Numbered from the stretch's first letter, positions 36,673-48,108 are shown. The stretch is DNA of 64,000 bases from Bacteroidales bacterium (GCA_017521245.1 JAFXDI010000001.1:35178-99177); one strand, 5' to 3'. The notes: generated by a model not told the origin, from the letters alone. Program-made: numbers and translations.

Positions 36673-37089
36673 TTAATAGTTTATAGCAGCCAAAGTATCT
36701 GCAATTCTCTCAATACCCTCTTTAATTTTGTTACCCACCATACCGCGTAAGAACATATTAAGTTCCAAGTGGCATGTAACCTTGATTTTTGAAGTAGTTT
36801 CAGTAACAGGCAACATCTGAATCCATATAAATACAGGTAGAGGAGAGTTTTCGGCAGTAAATTTAACTGTCTTATTCTCTTCTCTGTCGCAGATTATAAA
36901 CTTAACTTCTCCAACAGGATCAACCCTTAGCGAACAACTATCTCTGTCAAATTTAATATCTTTAACTTTGTCTGCAGGGATTCTATCCTTAACCCTCTCA
37001 ATATTGTTTAAGTCAGAGAGGGTGTTATAAATTGCGTCAACAGGAGAGTTTACACTTTTTACAGAACTTTCGTATTTACTTATACTCAT
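36673..37089 (-). CDS. SRPBCC (START/Bet v1-like) superfamily protein, function unknown
   Basis: 138 aa with an alternating beta/alpha pattern. It sits between pyrE and argH, as in other Bacteroidales genomes by my recollection. No catalytic motif. Confidence 0.45.
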   Translation of the reverse strand: MSISKYESSVKSVNSPVDAIYNTLSDLNNIERVKDRIPADKVKDIKFDRDSCSLRVDPVGEVKFIICDREENKTVKFTAENSPLPVFIWIQMLPVTETTSKIKVTCHLELNMFLRGMVGNKIKEGIERIADTLAAINY

Positions 37090-37113
37090 TTAAAATATTT
37101 AAATCTTTTGTGA

Positions 37114-37749
37114 TTATTCTTGCATCCATTGTGATGGATTCTCTCTCCAGACTTTAAGAGTCTCAATATCCTCGCTGTTGATATAACCAGTTTCAGCAGC
37201 AGCCTCCAATACAGCGTTGTAGTTGCTCAAAGTATAAAGAGTAACACCAGCCTCTTTAAATTTCTCTTCAGCAAGAGGGAAACCATATGTAAAGATAGCG
37301 ACCATACCAACAACCTCGCAACCTGCTTGGCGAACAGCCTCAACAGCCTTCAAACTACTACCTCCGGTTGAAATAAGGTCTTCCACAACAACAACTTTTT
37401 GACCAGGTTTAATGTCGCCCTCAATTAAGTTACCCATACCATGATCTTTGGCTGCGGAACGGATATAAACATAAGGCATGCCAAGTTCATCAGCAATCAT
37501 AGCACCTTGAGCAATAGCACCAGTTGCTACACCAGCAATAACATCAAACTCTTCAAATTTCTCGGCAATAAGGCGAGAAAGTTCAATCTTAACAAAAGTT
37601 CTAACATCAGGGAACGATAAAGTTTTTCTATTGTCTGTGTAGATTGGAGATTTCCATCCCGAAGCCCAAGTAAAAGGATTTTTAGGTTGAAGTTTAACTG
37701 CACTGATACCTAATAACTTTTTAGCCAATAATTTGTCAACTGAATTCAT
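37114..37749 (-). CDS. pyrE: orotate phosphoribosyltransferase
   Basis: PRPP-binding loop VVVVEDLISTGGSS. Length 211 aa with overall PyrE layout. Confidence 0.92.
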   Translation of the reverse strand: MNSVDKLLAKKLLGISAVKLQPKNPFTWASGWKSPIYTDNRKTLSFPDVRTFVKIELSRLIAEKFEEFDVIAGVATGAIAQGAMIADELGMPYVYIRSAAKDHGMGNLIEGDIKPGQKVVVVEDLISTGGSSLKAVEAVRQAGCEVVGMVAIFTYGFPLAEEKFKEAGVTLYTLSNYNAVLEAAAETGYINSEDIETLKVWRENPSQWMQE

Positions 37750-37814
37750 GATAAATATATTTTTTAAATTAATATTTCTAACCTCTGTCCTTAGTTACTA
37801 TTTGATTTAAAAAT

Positions 37815-37822
37815 CAAAGTTA
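37815..37822 (-). promoter_or_regulatory. candidate -7 box (TAACTTTG) for pyrE
   Basis: The plus strand reads caaagtta, 66 nt upstream of the pyrE ATG. Confidence 0.45.
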
Positions 37823-37880
37823 CATAATAATCTGCAAATAGCGAAAGCAAAAATAAAATTATTTTTCAAGTAAAAATATT

Positions 37881-37939
37881 TCTAACAACTAAAAACTGAC
37901 AACTACCACGTAGGGGCAACTTTAGCCGGCAACCAACGA
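37881..37939. repeat. 3'-flank element, copy d
   Basis: TCTAACAACTAAAAACTgacaactaccacgtagGGGCaactttaGCCggcaaccaacga abuts the comF-like TAG (37940-37942). The first 17 nt are identical to 58906-58922. Confidence 0.7.
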
Positions 37940-38653
37940 CTATTTATTAGCATACGCCAAAGTAAGTACCGATATATTTTTGTACCCACCCTCACGCAAA
38001 GAGATTATACAAGCGGCAATAGTAGCACCAGTTGTGGTGACATCATCCACAATAAGAATCTCTTTCTCTATATCATCACGTGTAGCAGGAGTAGTCTCAA
38101 AAGCATCTTTAATATTTTCCCAGCGATCAAATCTCATCTTTTTGGTTTGAGACTCCGTCTCGCTCTTTCTCGATAAAATATCCTCTCTTACAACACCACC
38201 AAATACATTGCTAATACCCTTTGCGATATAAAAACTTTGGTTATACCCTCTGCTCTTTTTACGCTTAGGGTGTAGTGGAACAGGTATTATGTAGTCAAAT
38301 TTCAGAGTTATATTATCAACCAAAAGTTCTTTGGCGTACATCTCACCTAAATATTCTGCCAGATTGTAATTGCCTCTATATTTGAAGTTGTAAATAAGTT
38401 TAGCAAATTCGCTTTCGTGAGAGTGAAAAAACCATGAATATACACTCTTTGCATAAGCCTTGCCGGCAAATGACTCTTCCGCAATATTTCTCATTGCAGT
38501 ATGAAAATTTGTGCGAGGTATAGAGGCAATACACGAAGTGCAAATATGCTTCTCGCTACTTGTAAGAGCAGTACCGCAAACCAAACACAGTCTGGGGTAG
38601 AACAGATCCACAATCGCCGATATAACCTCTCTTATCTTTTCCATACTACTCAT
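37940..38653 (-). CDS. ComF-family (phosphoribosyltransferase-like) protein
   Basis: N-terminal double CxxC (CLVCG...CTSC) and C-terminal PRTase loop ILIVDDVTTTGATI. Confidence 0.8.
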   Translation of the reverse strand: MSSMEKIREVISAIVDLFYPRLCLVCGTALTSSEKHICTSCIASIPRTNFHTAMRNIAEESFAGKAYAKSVYSWFFHSHESEFAKLIYNFKYRGNYNLAEYLGEMYAKELLVDNITLKFDYIIPVPLHPKRKKSRGYNQSFYIAKGISNVFGGVVREDILSRKSETESQTKKMRFDRWENIKDAFETTPATRDDIEKEILIVDDVTTTGATIAACIISLREGGYKNISVLTLAYANK

Positions 38654-39131
38654 TACTAATTTCCCTGAACGCTTTGTTTATAAGATCCGCTTCAAACCCT
38701 CTTGATAAAGCAAAATTATAGACCGATGCCCTCTTTTTAAAGTCCGAGATATCGCCTTTGCTTTTACTTAATATAAGTTGTTTAAGTATCTCAAAATATT
38801 GCACATCATCAATAACGTCCATAGCCGAAGATATATACTCTTCTGCAACCTTTTTTTGTCTTAGAGCATAACCAATCTTAATACGTCCCCAGTGGCTTAA
38901 TCTAAATTTTTCCGAAACAAAACACTCAGCGTATCGCCCTTCGTTTATAAAGTTATTATCGCAAAGATATTCTATTATTCCGTTCTGGGTGTCGCAATCA
39001 ATCCCCCATTTGCGGAGTTTTTCTCTGATATCCCAAATAGAGTATTCAGCCTTAGAACAAATCATACAGCATTTATTTAAAGCCTCCTCCTTCTCTATAC
39101 TTCGCTTAGCTTTCTCTATATCTTCGTACAT
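38646..39131 (-). CDS. recX: RecX-family regulatory protein
   Basis: 161 aa with three helical repeats (YLCDNNFINEGRYAECFV, GRIKIGYALRQKKV, NFALSRGF) typical of RecX. Overlaps both neighbouring genes. Confidence 0.72.
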   Translation of the reverse strand: MYEDIEKAKRSIEKEEALNKCCMICSKAEYSIWDIREKLRKWGIDCDTQNGIIEYLCDNNFINEGRYAECFVSEKFRLSHWGRIKIGYALRQKKVAEEYISSAMDVIDDVQYFEILKQLILSKSKGDISDFKKRASVYNFALSRGFEADLINKAFREISNE

Positions 39132-39955
39132 GCAATAAATCTCTTACGTTCGTTAATGTCGTTTATAACCTCAATATTTGCATACCCTTTTGATATGAGC
39201 ATTTCTGTCAACTCTTTGTAAAATAAAGGATTAATTTCAAAGAAAAGATTGCCACTACTCTTTAAAATTGAGCATCCCAATTCTGCGATTTTATCGTAAA
39301 AAACAAGAGGGTTATCATCACTAACAAAGAGGGCAATATGAGGCTCATTATCCAATACGTTGCTCTCCATCTTCTCCTTCTCAAATTGACAAATATATGG
39401 AGGGTTACTAACGATTATATCGTAACAATTTTGAATTTTTGGAGTATCTGTAATAACATCATACTCATTAAACTCAACATCAAGATTTAGACTCTCGGCG
39501 TTTTTACGAGCAACCGAAATAGCACCAAGTGAAATATCAACGCCCTCAACACTTGCTTTAGGAATACCATTTTTAAGAGCTAAAGCAATACAACCGCTAC
39601 CTGAACAAATATCAAGAATCTTAGGAGCTGACTCTTTGTATCTCTCAATAATCAAACGGCAAAGTTCATCAGTCTCGGGGCGGGGAATAAGAACATTATT
39701 ATCAACGCCAATCTTCAAGTCGCAAAAGTATGAGTATCCTAAAATATATTGCAAAGGCTCTCCATTTAACAGTCTTTTTACTATAACCTCAATTTTTTCT
39801 CTATCAACTTCCAAAAATTTTGTATCTTTGACCAAAATATCAGAATAACTCATACCCGATAACTCTTCAACAATATAACGAGCAATAGAGTTGCACTCCC
39901 TTGCATCGTAGCACGAAGAGAGGTGGTTTGCGATATATCTGATAGAATCTTTCAT
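39116..39955 (-). CDS. prmC: release-factor glutamine N5-methyltransferase
   Basis: SAM motif ILDICSGSGCI and catalytic IVSNPPY. I prefer the ATG at 39953-39955 (MKDSIRY...) over the TTG at 39961 used by the ORF track. Confidence 0.85.
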   Translation of the reverse strand: MKDSIRYIANHLSSCYDARECNSIARYIVEELSGMSYSDILVKDTKFLEVDREKIEVIVKRLLNGEPLQYILGYSYFCDLKIGVDNNVLIPRPETDELCRLIIERYKESAPKILDICSGSGCIALALKNGIPKASVEGVDISLGAISVARKNAESLNLDVEFNEYDVITDTPKIQNCYDIIVSNPPYICQFEKEKMESNVLDNEPHIALFVSDDNPLVFYDKIAELGCSILKSSGNLFFEINPLFYKELTEMLISKGYANIEVINDINERKRFIACTKI

Positions 39956-39996
39956 TTGCAAAGGACGATAATTTAATATACAAAGTTATAAAAAAA

Positions 39997-41046
39997 ATGA
40001 ACTCACTATCGGATTGTGATAAAATTTATATGCAAAGAGCGTTACAACTTGCACGTTGTGGCGAGGGTAATGTTTCTCCCAATCCGATGGTAGGAGCAGT
40101 AATAGTGTGCGATGGAAAAATAATAGGAGAGGGGTATCATCGTAAGTGTGGAGAGGCACATGCCGAAGTAAATGCAGTAGCATCGGTAAAAGATAAAACC
40201 CTTTTGAAAAGTAGTACAATGTATGTAACGCTTGAACCCTGTTCGCATTATGGTAAAACACCACCTTGTTGTAACCTTATAAAAGAGTGTGGGATACCAC
40301 GAGTAGTAATAGGAATAAAAGATCCCTTCCCTGAAGTGGCAGGTCGTGGAATACGTATATTGCAAGAGGCAGGAGTAGAGGTAACAGTAGGAGTTTTGGA
40401 AGAAGATTGCAGATTTATAAATCGTAAGTTTATAACAGCACATACTCAAAAACGCCCATACGTTTTACTAAAGTGGTGCGAAAGCAGTGATGGCTATATA
40501 GCCGCAATAAAAAACGGAAAGCCAACACCTGTTCAACTCTCATCACAAGTATCCTCTATTTATATGCACAGAGAGAGGTCTCTCTGTGATGCAATAATGG
40601 TAGGAACAACAACCGTTTTAACCGATAATCCAACGCTTACCGTAAGAGGATGGAAAGGTAAAAATCCGTTGCGAGTAGTAATTGACAGAGATGCAAAACT
40701 TCCACATGATAGAAAAATCTTTAATAACGAAAGTCAAACACTAATATTTACTAATTTAAGCCAAACTACGACAGACCAACGCTATATAAAAATAGATTTC
40801 TCTGAAAATATAATACCACAAATACTCAAAGAATTATATAGTCGTGGAGTAACCTCTCTAATGGTTGAGGGAGGAACAAAAACACTTCAGTCGTTCATTG
40901 ATTGCGGCGTATGGGATGAAATCCGCCGAGAGGTATCGCCCATTGTTATTGAAGAAGGAATAACCGCTCCTAAAATATCTTTTGATGAAGCACAAACATC
41001 TGAATGTGGAAGTTCCAGAATCTATCATCTTTATAACGATAAATAA
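39997..41046 (+). CDS. ribD: bifunctional riboflavin biosynthesis deaminase/reductase
   Basis: Deaminase zinc motif HAEVNA...TLEPCSHYGKTPPC, followed by a C-terminal reductase domain (LKWCESSDGYIA, MVEGG). Confidence 0.9.
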   Translation: MNSLSDCDKIYMQRALQLARCGEGNVSPNPMVGAVIVCDGKIIGEGYHRKCGEAHAEVNAVASVKDKTLLKSSTMYVTLEPCSHYGKTPPCCNLIKECGIPRVVIGIKDPFPEVAGRGIRILQEAGVEVTVGVLEEDCRFINRKFITAHTQKRPYVLLKWCESSDGYIAAIKNGKPTPVQLSSQVSSIYMHRERSLCDAIMVGTTTVLTDNPTLTVRGWKGKNPLRVVIDRDAKLPHDRKIFNNESQTLIFTNLSQTTTDQRYIKIDFSENIIPQILKELYSRGVTSLMVEGGTKTLQSFIDCGVWDEIRREVSPIVIEEGITAPKISFDEAQTSECGSSRIYHLYNDK

Positions 41047-41055
41047 CAGAATTAC

Positions 41056-41085
41056 AAAGGGCGAGTCGCCCTTTTTCTTCTTTTT
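41056..41085 (+). terminator. rho-independent terminator after ribD
   Basis: AAAGGGCGAgTCGCCCTTT followed by a T-rich tract (tttcttcttttt). Confidence 0.7.
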
Positions 41086-41186
41086 AGTTATATTTTAAAC
41101 TTCTATTAACATATTCGCACCATATTTGTTACCTTATTTATAAGGGAAAAGCAAAAAAAACTTACTATCTTTGCAAATTGTAAAAT

Positions 41187-42746
41187 ATGATCAAAATGAA
41201 ATTTCTGAAAAAAATAACAATATTAGCAGTTGTATCGGTTATTGTTTTGCTATCATCGTGCGGAAGTTTGGAGGAGGATGGTATATACTATTCAAAGCAA
41301 AACACAATGATATGTGCCTTCTCCTTACAAAAAGATACCTCTGTGTTGTCAAACCTCGATAGTATATTCTTTACAATAGATCTTGACAGAAGTCTAATCT
41401 ACAACGCAGACTCGTTGCCCAAGGGAACCGATGTATCTAAAATAGCGGTAAAGGCAACCTTTATGAATCCTGCCAACGTATATGTAAATTACGAAGATGA
41501 AAACGGAGCAATAAAGAGCTTTAGTTATTTGGCAACAAGTCACGCAACAATTGACTTTAGAAAAAGCGAAGAGAATAAAGTTAAAATGAAGGTAATTGCT
41601 GCCGATGGTCACACTTCGCAAACCTACACCTTAAAAGTAAATGTCCATAAAGTTGTTGCCGATTCGCTATATTGGAAAAAGATTGAGACCGCATCAATCC
41701 CAGTACAGCAAAACAATGTAGCATCTTCAAAATGTATATCGATAGACAACGCATACTATCTATTTGTTCAAGACAAAAGTGGAGAATTAGCAGTATATCG
41801 TACAACAAATTTTAGTGAGTGGGAGAGTAGTACAAAAGTTACATTGCATAGCATGGATTGGCGTACTCTAACATACGATGGGACATCATTATATGTTCTC
41901 TCTGCCGATAACAAACTATATAGTTGTACCGATATAAATACTCTTCAATTTGAGGAGTCAACATTAATGGGAACGTACACTCCAATATCGTTAATAGGAG
42001 TATATGAGAATAATCTATTGGCAATAGTAAAAGATAACGAAAAATATAATCACGCAACAATAAATGCTACAAATCAAACCATAACACTCTCGCCAATGAA
42101 CGATGAGTTCCCCATAAAGGGATTCTCTCAATCAGTAACATTTACAAGCAAGTGGACTCGCGATCAAATTGTAATTGCATGTGGAGAGAAACGTGATGGC
42201 TCTCTAACTAATGCCGTTTGGGGATTTGATGGTAGCAACTGGGCAATACTGAATAATGCAGTAAGTGGAGGCACCTTAATAACACCACGCTCAGGAGTTG
42301 TAATGTTTACATACTACACCTATGAATATAACTCAGAGATAGATTTACATACCAAAGTCCTCACATACTTTATAGTAGGAGGTTGGGATGGTGAAAAGAT
42401 GACAAATGATCTCTATTACACTACAAATCTCGGAGGAAAATGGAAAAAGGCAGGAGCAACCTCGCCTATGGCATTACCTTCAACAATAGTTCCACGCATG
42501 GGGGCTGATGTGTTTGTGTTGGATTCTCCCGTAGAAATGAAGTCTGATGCACAAGGTCCAGTGTGGCGTGATATAGAGTTACTAAACACAAAAAATATAA
42601 CAAAACTAATGTCGCTCACCAACGAGGAGACTCAAACAGTCCCATTCGTATATATGGTTGGCGGAAGCAGTGAGTTACAATATAACTTTATAAATGAGGT
42701 ATGGAAAGGAGTTATTTGGCGATTAACATTCCCTCCAATACCATAG
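41187..42746 (+). CDS. surface/periplasmic lipoprotein with probable C-terminal beta-propeller (kelch-like) region; function unknown
   Basis: Lipobox VLLSSCGS, 519 aa. Repeated strand-turn segments with GGWDG- and VGG-type motifs in the C-terminal half. A TATCTTTG box lies at 41166-41173, so the ATG at 41196 (MKFLKK) is an alternative start. Confidence 0.5.
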   Translation: MIKMKFLKKITILAVVSVIVLLSSCGSLEEDGIYYSKQNTMICAFSLQKDTSVLSNLDSIFFTIDLDRSLIYNADSLPKGTDVSKIAVKATFMNPANVYVNYEDENGAIKSFSYLATSHATIDFRKSEENKVKMKVIAADGHTSQTYTLKVNVHKVVADSLYWKKIETASIPVQQNNVASSKCISIDNAYYLFVQDKSGELAVYRTTNFSEWESSTKVTLHSMDWRTLTYDGTSLYVLSADNKLYSCTDINTLQFEESTLMGTYTPISLIGVYENNLLAIVKDNEKYNHATINATNQTITLSPMNDEFPIKGFSQSVTFTSKWTRDQIVIACGEKRDGSLTNAVWGFDGSNWAILNNAVSGGTLITPRSGVVMFTYYTYEYNSEIDLHTKVLTYFIVGGWDGEKMTNDLYYTTNLGGKWKKAGATSPMALPSTIVPRMGADVFVLDSPVEMKSDAQGPVWRDIELLNTKNITKLMSLTNEETQTVPFVYMVGGSSELQYNFINEVWKGVIWRLTFPPIP

Positions 42747-42833
42747 AAAATTTATAAAAAAGCGATAAGAGATAATTTTATTTAAAATTTTACGTTTAAA
42801 TAAACAAGGGTGTAAAACTCTTTACAAAAAGCA

Positions 42834-43505
42834 ATGAATAAAACGCTGTTAATAATATTATTTCTTATCACAACAACCATTATCAGTGCGCAATCTTATA
42901 AATATGAGATTGGAGCGGGAGCAGGTATGGGATTTTATATGGGCGATGCCAACCCAAATAAACCATTCCGTAAGCCCGGAGCGGCATTCGATATGACGTT
43001 CAGATGGAACATCAACTATCGTTGGGCATTAAAGTGTGGTCTATCAACCGCAACAATGCGAGGAGAGAGTTCTGGATTAGGGTTATATTACCCTTCGGCA
43101 GCAACCTACTCATTTAAAAGGCAGTTAGTTGATTTAGGAGTTCAAGGCGAGTTCAACTTCTTTAATTACGGAATTGGACAAACCTATCTGAATACAAAGA
43201 GAATATCGCCCTACATCTTGGCTGGAGTATATTTTGTAATGATTCCACAAGCAGGAGACGGATTCTATTCAATATCTCTCCCATTAGGAGCAGGAGTCAA
43301 ATACAAAGTAGGCAAAAGATGGAATATGATGTTGGAGTTTTCGATGCGAAAAACATTTGGTGATAAACTTGATGGAAAAGCATTAGATGACCCCTACAAA
43401 ATTGAGAGTGCAGCACTGAAAAATACCGATTGGTATTCATACTTAATGTTTTCTGTGACCTACGATTTTGGTCTAAAACGTAGAGTATGTAACAATATAG
43501 ATTAA
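42834..43505 (+). CDS. small outer-membrane beta-barrel protein (family found upstream of uppS in Bacteroidetes)
   Basis: Signal peptide ...TIISAQS. Alternating beta pattern with Gly/aromatic girdles. Length 223 aa. Confidence 0.55.
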   Translation: MNKTLLIILFLITTTIISAQSYKYEIGAGAGMGFYMGDANPNKPFRKPGAAFDMTFRWNINYRWALKCGLSTATMRGESSGLGLYYPSAATYSFKRQLVDLGVQGEFNFFNYGIGQTYLNTKRISPYILAGVYFVMIPQAGDGFYSISLPLGAGVKYKVGKRWNMMLEFSMRKTFGDKLDGKALDDPYKIESAALKNTDWYSYLMFSVTYDFGLKRRVCNNID

Positions 43506-43522
43506 GAAGTAATATTATAGAG

Positions 43523-44263
43523 ATGACATCTTATTTAGAGCAAATAGACAAAACCCGATTGCCAAAACACATAGCAATCATTATGGACGGAAACGGACGT
43601 TGGGCAAAGGCACAAGGGTTAGATCGTTCATACGGACACAAAAAAGGAGTTGATTCGGTGCGTACAGTAACCGAAGCGGCTACTGAACTCGGAATAAAAT
43701 ACCTTACACTATATACTTTCTCAACAGAGAACTGGAACCGCCCTCAAGAGGAGGTTGATGCTTTAATGGCATTAATGGTTATGGCAATAGAGCGAGAGAC
43801 TCCCGATTTGATAAAGAACGGGGTAAGACTTCAAGCAATAGGAAATATTAGTCGTATGCCAGAGGAGGTACGTCAACGATTAGATAAATGTATCTCTGAT
43901 ACAGCACAAGGAACAGGAGTAACACTTGTATTGGCATTGAGTTACTCATCGCGTTGGGAGATAGTAGATGCAGTTAAGAAAATATCATCTAAAGTAAGTA
44001 GTGGAGAGATATCAGTTGATGATATAACCGAAGATACAATCTCTCAATCACTCACAACAAAAAACATTCCCGATCCAGATTTGTTAATCCGCACAGGAGG
44101 AGAGGAGCGTATAAGCAACTTCCTAATGTGGCAAATATCATATTCAGAGTTATATTTTACTACTGAGTATTGGCCGGATTTTGGAAAGGAGAGCCTATAT
44201 AAGGCAATATGCAACTATCAATCTCGCGAGAGAAGATTCGGAAAAACAAGCGAACAATTATGA
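43523..44263 (+). CDS. uppS: isoprenyl transferase (undecaprenyl-diphosphate synthase)
   Basis: [21 protein letters not shown], and RTGGE.R.SNFL.WQ..YSE. Confidence 0.92.
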   Translation: MTSYLEQIDKTRLPKHIAIIMDGNGRWAKAQGLDRSYGHKKGVDSVRTVTEAATELGIKYLTLYTFSTENWNRPQEEVDALMALMVMAIERETPDLIKNGVRLQAIGNISRMPEEVRQRLDKCISDTAQGTGVTLVLALSYSSRWEIVDAVKKISSKVSSGEISVDDITEDTISQSLTTKNIPDPDLLIRTGGEERISNFLMWQISYSELYFTTEYWPDFGKESLYKAICNYQSRERRFGKTSEQL

Positions 44264-46899
44264 TTTTGAACAAAACATATTCAATACATAAATTAATACT
44301 ATACATAGTTTTGCTCTTAATAGTGTTACTTCCAGCACAATTAAAAGCACAAACCACTGCCACCGATACTATAACAACGCCAAAGGTAAACTACTCATAT
44401 CCAAAAAAATATGAGATAGCAGATATTACAGTTACAGGAGCAGAAAGTTATGACGACTATGTAGTAATAGGTTTTTCAGGATTAACAAAGGGACAAATAA
44501 TCACTATACCGGGAGATGAAGTAACAGCAGCCGTTAAAAGATTCTGGAAACAAGGCCTATTTTCAGATGTATCAATAACACTTACCAAAACAGTAGGTAA
44601 TCAGGCGTGGATAAATATTGACCTGACTGAACAACCTCGAGTATCAGATGTTCGTTTTCAAGGATTAAAAAAGAGCGACAAGGATGACCTGTCGGGAAAA
44701 ATAGGAATAGCAAAAGGCTCACAAGTAAATCAAGATATAATTGATAGAGCAAAAAAGATAATTAAGAAGTTCTTTGATGAAAAGGGATATAAAAATGCCG
44801 AAGTCAGAATAGTAACCCATCCCGATTTGTCAAAAAAGAACTATATGATAGTTGATATATATATTGATAAGAAGGCAAAGGTAAAAGTACACAAGGTCTA
44901 TATATCGGGCAATGAAGTAATTACCGATAAAAAACTTAAGCGTACAATGAAAAAGACCAACGAAAAGGGTGATATATTAAAACTATTTAAATCAAAAAAA
45001 TTCATAGAGAACGAATATAAAGGCGACCTTGACCTTATAATTGAAAAATATAATGAGTTGGGATATCGCGATGCTCGTATTGTAAGTGACAGCATTGTAC
45101 CCTTTGAGGAGAGTATGGTTGACGTTTATATTGAGGTTGATGAAGGACAAAAATACTATCTAAAAGATATAAACTGGGTAGGAAATACCGTATATCCAAC
45201 TGAGGTACTTAATCGCTTGTTAAGGATGAAACCGGGAGACGTATATAACCAAAAGTTACTACGTCAAAGAATGACTGAGGATGAAGATGCTATCTCAACC
45301 CTATATATGGATAACGGATACCTCTTCTTCAATATAGAGCCAGTTGAGGTAAATATTCAAAATGACTCAATAGATTTGGAGATTCGTATAATGGAGGGTC
45401 CTCAGGCAAGAATAAATCGCGTAATAATTAAAGGAAATGACCGTCTATATGAAGAGGTAGTGCGTCGTGAGTTGCGTACACGTCCGGGAGATCTATTCAG
45501 TAAATCAGATTTGATGCGTTCTGCTCGTGAGATTGCACAGATGGGACACTTTAATCCTGAGACAATGGATATTCGTCCTGAACCAGATCCCGAAAGCGGA
45601 ACAGTTGATATTATATACGGATTGGAGTCTAAGGCAAATGACCAGATAGAGTTCTCGTTAGGATGGGGACAAACAGGAGTTGTCGGAAAAGTAAGTCTTA
45701 AGTTTACAAACTTCTCATTTAAGAACCTATTCAACCCAAAATCATATAAGGGAATAATACCGCAAGGACAAGGACAACAATTCTCAATCAGTGCGCAAAC
45801 CAATGCACGATACTATCAATCATATAGTATATCGTTCCTCGATCCATGGTTTGGAGGTAAACGCCCTAACTCGTTCAGTTTCTCGGCATATTACAGCCGT
45901 CAAACAGACGTAAGTTCAAGTTACTATAACAATAACTACTACGATCCCTATTCATACGGATATTACGGAGGATATGGATATGGAGGATATGGATATGGTT
46001 ATAACAACGGATATAGTTATGGCTACTCGTATGACCCTGATAAGTCATTACAACTATTTGGAGTATCAATAGGATTTGGTAAACGACTAAATTGGCCTGA
46101 TGACTATTTCCAATTCTCAGCCAGTTTAAGTTATCAACTCTATGTCTTAAAAGATTGGCAATACCTATACTATATGCAAAACGGAAAATCGCATAGCATA
46201 TCATTAGGATTAACCCTTTCGCGTAACTCAATGGATAACCCACTATATACACGTCGTGGATCAGAGTTTGTACTGTCGTGTCAAATAACACCGCCATACT
46301 CGCTATGGGAGAATGTCGATTATGCAACAGCAAAAGATTACGAGAAATACAAATGGATTGAGTACCACAAGTGGAAGATAAAAGGACGTATATTCTTACC
46401 CATTACACGATACGACTCAAAATATACATTGGTGCTTATGGCAAGAGCCGAAGCTGGTATTTTGGGTTCATACACCCGAGCAAAGAAATCTCCATTTGAA
46501 ACCTACTACATGGGAGGAGACGGAATGTCGGGATATAGTAGTACATACGCAACTGAGACCATCGCATTGCGTGGATATGAGAACGGATCGTTAACTCCAT
46601 ACGGATATGACGGATATGCCTATTGCCGATTTGGATTAGAGTTGCGTTGTCCTATCCTTATGGAGGGCTCAACAACCATATATGGATTAGCATTTGTTGA
46701 GGGAGGTAACGCTTGGACAGATGTTCGCGACTTTAACCCATTCCAACTTAAGAAATCAGCAGGAGTCGGAGTCCGAATATTCTTGCCTATGATTGGACTT
46801 ATGGGAATTGACTGGGCATACGGATTTGACAAGGCATTCCCATCAAACGACAAAGTTGGAGGAAGCCAAATCCACTTTATTATAGGTCAAGAATTTTAG
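44260..46899 (+). CDS. bamA: outer-membrane protein assembly factor BamA
   Basis: I take the start at MILNKTY... (ATGA overlap with the uppS stop). POTRA repeats are followed by a C-terminal 16-strand barrel ending ...[13 protein letters not shown]. Conserved uppS-bamA-ompH context. Confidence 0.9.
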   Translation: MILNKTYSIHKLILYIVLLLIVLLPAQLKAQTTATDTITTPKVNYSYPKKYEIADITVTGAESYDDYVVIGFSGLTKGQIITIPGDEVTAAVKRFWKQGLFSDVSITLTKTVGNQAWINIDLTEQPRVSDVRFQGLKKSDKDDLSGKIGIAKGSQVNQDIIDRAKKIIKKFFDEKGYKNAEVRIVTHPDLSKKNYMIVDIYIDKKAKVKVHKVYISGNEVITDKKLKRTMKKTNEKGDILKLFKSKKFIENEYKGDLDLIIEKYNELGYRDARIVSDSIVPFEESMVDVYIEVDEGQKYYLKDINWVGNTVYPTEVLNRLLRMKPGDVYNQKLLRQRMTEDEDAISTLYMDNGYLFFNIEPVEVNIQNDSIDLEIRIMEGPQARINRVIIKGNDRLYEEVVRRELRTRPGDLFSKSDLMRSAREIAQMGHFNPETMDIRPEPDPESGTVDIIYGLESKANDQIEFSLGWGQTGVVGKVSLKFTNFSFKNLFNPKSYKGIIPQGQGQQFSISAQTNARYYQSYSISFLDPWFGGKRPNSFSFSAYYSRQTDVSSSYYNNNYYDPYSYGYYGGYGYGGYGYGYNNGYSYGYSYDPDKSLQLFGVSIGFGKRLNWPDDYFQFSASLSYQLYVLKDWQYLYYMQNGKSHSISLGLTLSRNSMDNPLYTRRGSEFVLSCQITPPYSLWENVDYATAKDYEKYKWIEYHKWKIKGRIFLPITRYDSKYTLVLMARAEAGILGSYTRAKKSPFETYYMGGDGMSGYSSTYATETIALRGYENGSLTPYGYDGYAYCRFGLELRCPILMEGSTTIYGLAFVEGGNAWTDVRDFNPFQLKKSAGVGVRIFLPMIGLMGIDWAYGFDKAFPSNDKVGGSQIHFIIGQEF
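45967..45996 (+). repeat. perfect 15-bp tandem duplication (GGAGGATATGGATAT x2) inside a Tyr/Gly-rich BamA loop
   Basis: Read directly from the sequence. It encodes [10 protein letters not shown] within [43 protein letters not shown]. Confidence 0.9.
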
Positions 46900-47009
46900 A
46901 CATAAGAACTATGTTATTCTTAATTAAGAAAGAGTAACTGATGGTTATCATTAAACCAATTCAAATTTTTGTTGTCAAAAAGACAGAAAACAACTTAAAA
47001 ACAGAAATT

Positions 47010-47528
47010 ATGAAAAAGTTATCAATCATTCTGGTAGCGTTTATCGCACTTTTAGCAGTAGAGGCAAAAGCACAAAAGTTTGCCCTAATAGATATGGAGT
47101 ATATATTGAGTAATATACCTGCGTATGAAATGGCTAACGAACAGTTGAAACAAGTATCTCAAAAGTGGGAGAAGGAGATTGAACAACAAGCTCAAAAGGT
47201 TGAAGCAATGTATAAAGATTACCAAGCAAACCAAATCTTCTATACCGCTGATCAAAAAACAAAAAAAGAAGAAGAGATATACGAAGAGGATAAAAAAACT
47301 CTTGAAATGAAACGTAACTATTTTGGACCGGAAGGCGAGTTGTATAAAAAACGCGAAGCGTTAATGAAACCAATTCAAGATGATATTTACGAAGCCGTAA
47401 AAACCATATCAACAAATAAAGGTTATCAAATGATACTTGACCGAGCATCGGCTGTAAGCGTAATCTATGCAACACCAAAAATAGATATAAGCAACGAAGT
47501 ATTAGCAAAGTTGGGATATTCAAAATAA
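47010..47528 (+). CDS. OmpH/Skp-family periplasmic chaperone (copy 1)
   Basis: I take the start at MKKLSIILVAFIALLAVEAKAQ. KFALIDMEYIL is followed by a long Gln/Lys/Glu coiled coil. Confidence 0.8.
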   Translation: MKKLSIILVAFIALLAVEAKAQKFALIDMEYILSNIPAYEMANEQLKQVSQKWEKEIEQQAQKVEAMYKDYQANQIFYTADQKTKKEEEIYEEDKKTLEMKRNYFGPEGELYKKREALMKPIQDDIYEAVKTISTNKGYQMILDRASAVSVIYATPKIDISNEVLAKLGYSK

Positions 47529-47582
47529 ATATATAAATTTGCAACTGAAAACATAGTAATTAACCATTAAACAAAATATATC

Positions 47583-48083
47583 ATGTTAAAGAAACTTTTA
47601 GTAGTGGCACTTTTAGCGTTGCCAATATGTGTTTCGGCACAAGACCTTAAATTTGCAACAGTAAACTTACAAGCAATCTTTCAAGTAATGCCTGAGACTT
47701 CAGCAGCAACAGCAGCATTACAAGATAAACAAAAGAAATATGAGAGCGAGTTGTCAAAAATGGCAGAAGAATTACAAACAAAATATGCTGCCATAACAGA
47801 GCAAAAAGACTCACTTCCTGAGAATATCCTAAACGCACGTTTAGCAGAGTTACAAGAGATTGAGCAACGCACTGAGAATTTCAGAAGAATGGCGGCAGAG
47901 GATATCCAAGCAGAACAAGAGAAACTAATGGCTCCAATTCAAGAGAAATTGATGACAGCCGTAAAAGAGGTTGGAACAGAAGGGAACTATGTGTATGTTC
48001 TTGATGAAACAGGAGTAGTCTTCAAAGGGACAATGACCGAAGATATTACCCCAAAAGTAAAAGCAAAATTAGGAATACAATAG
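47583..48083 (+). CDS. OmpH/Skp-family periplasmic chaperone (copy 2)
   Basis: Signal peptide, then LKFATVNLQAIFQVMPE, then a coiled-coil body. Length 166 aa. Confidence 0.8.
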   Translation: MLKKLLVVALLALPICVSAQDLKFATVNLQAIFQVMPETSAATAALQDKQKKYESELSKMAEELQTKYAAITEQKDSLPENILNARLAELQEIEQRTENFRRMAAEDIQAEQEKLMAPIQEKLMTAVKEVGTEGNYVYVLDETGVVFKGTMTEDITPKVKAKLGIQ

Positions 48084-48108
48084 AACTCAATTTCTGAAAA
48101 ATATAAAA

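Noticed and set aside
40042-40449. A 135-aa minus-strand Cys/Tyr-rich ORF
   Set aside because: It is antisense to the ribD deaminase domain, and its composition is an artefact of the complementary codons.
44209-44259. Upstream extensions of BamA (44209), OmpH copy 1 (46941) and CdsA (54299) as given in the ORF track
   Set aside because: Internal ATGs give proper signal peptides or TM starts. They also give tidy gene junctions, such as the ATGA overlap with uppS and no overlap with ftsH.
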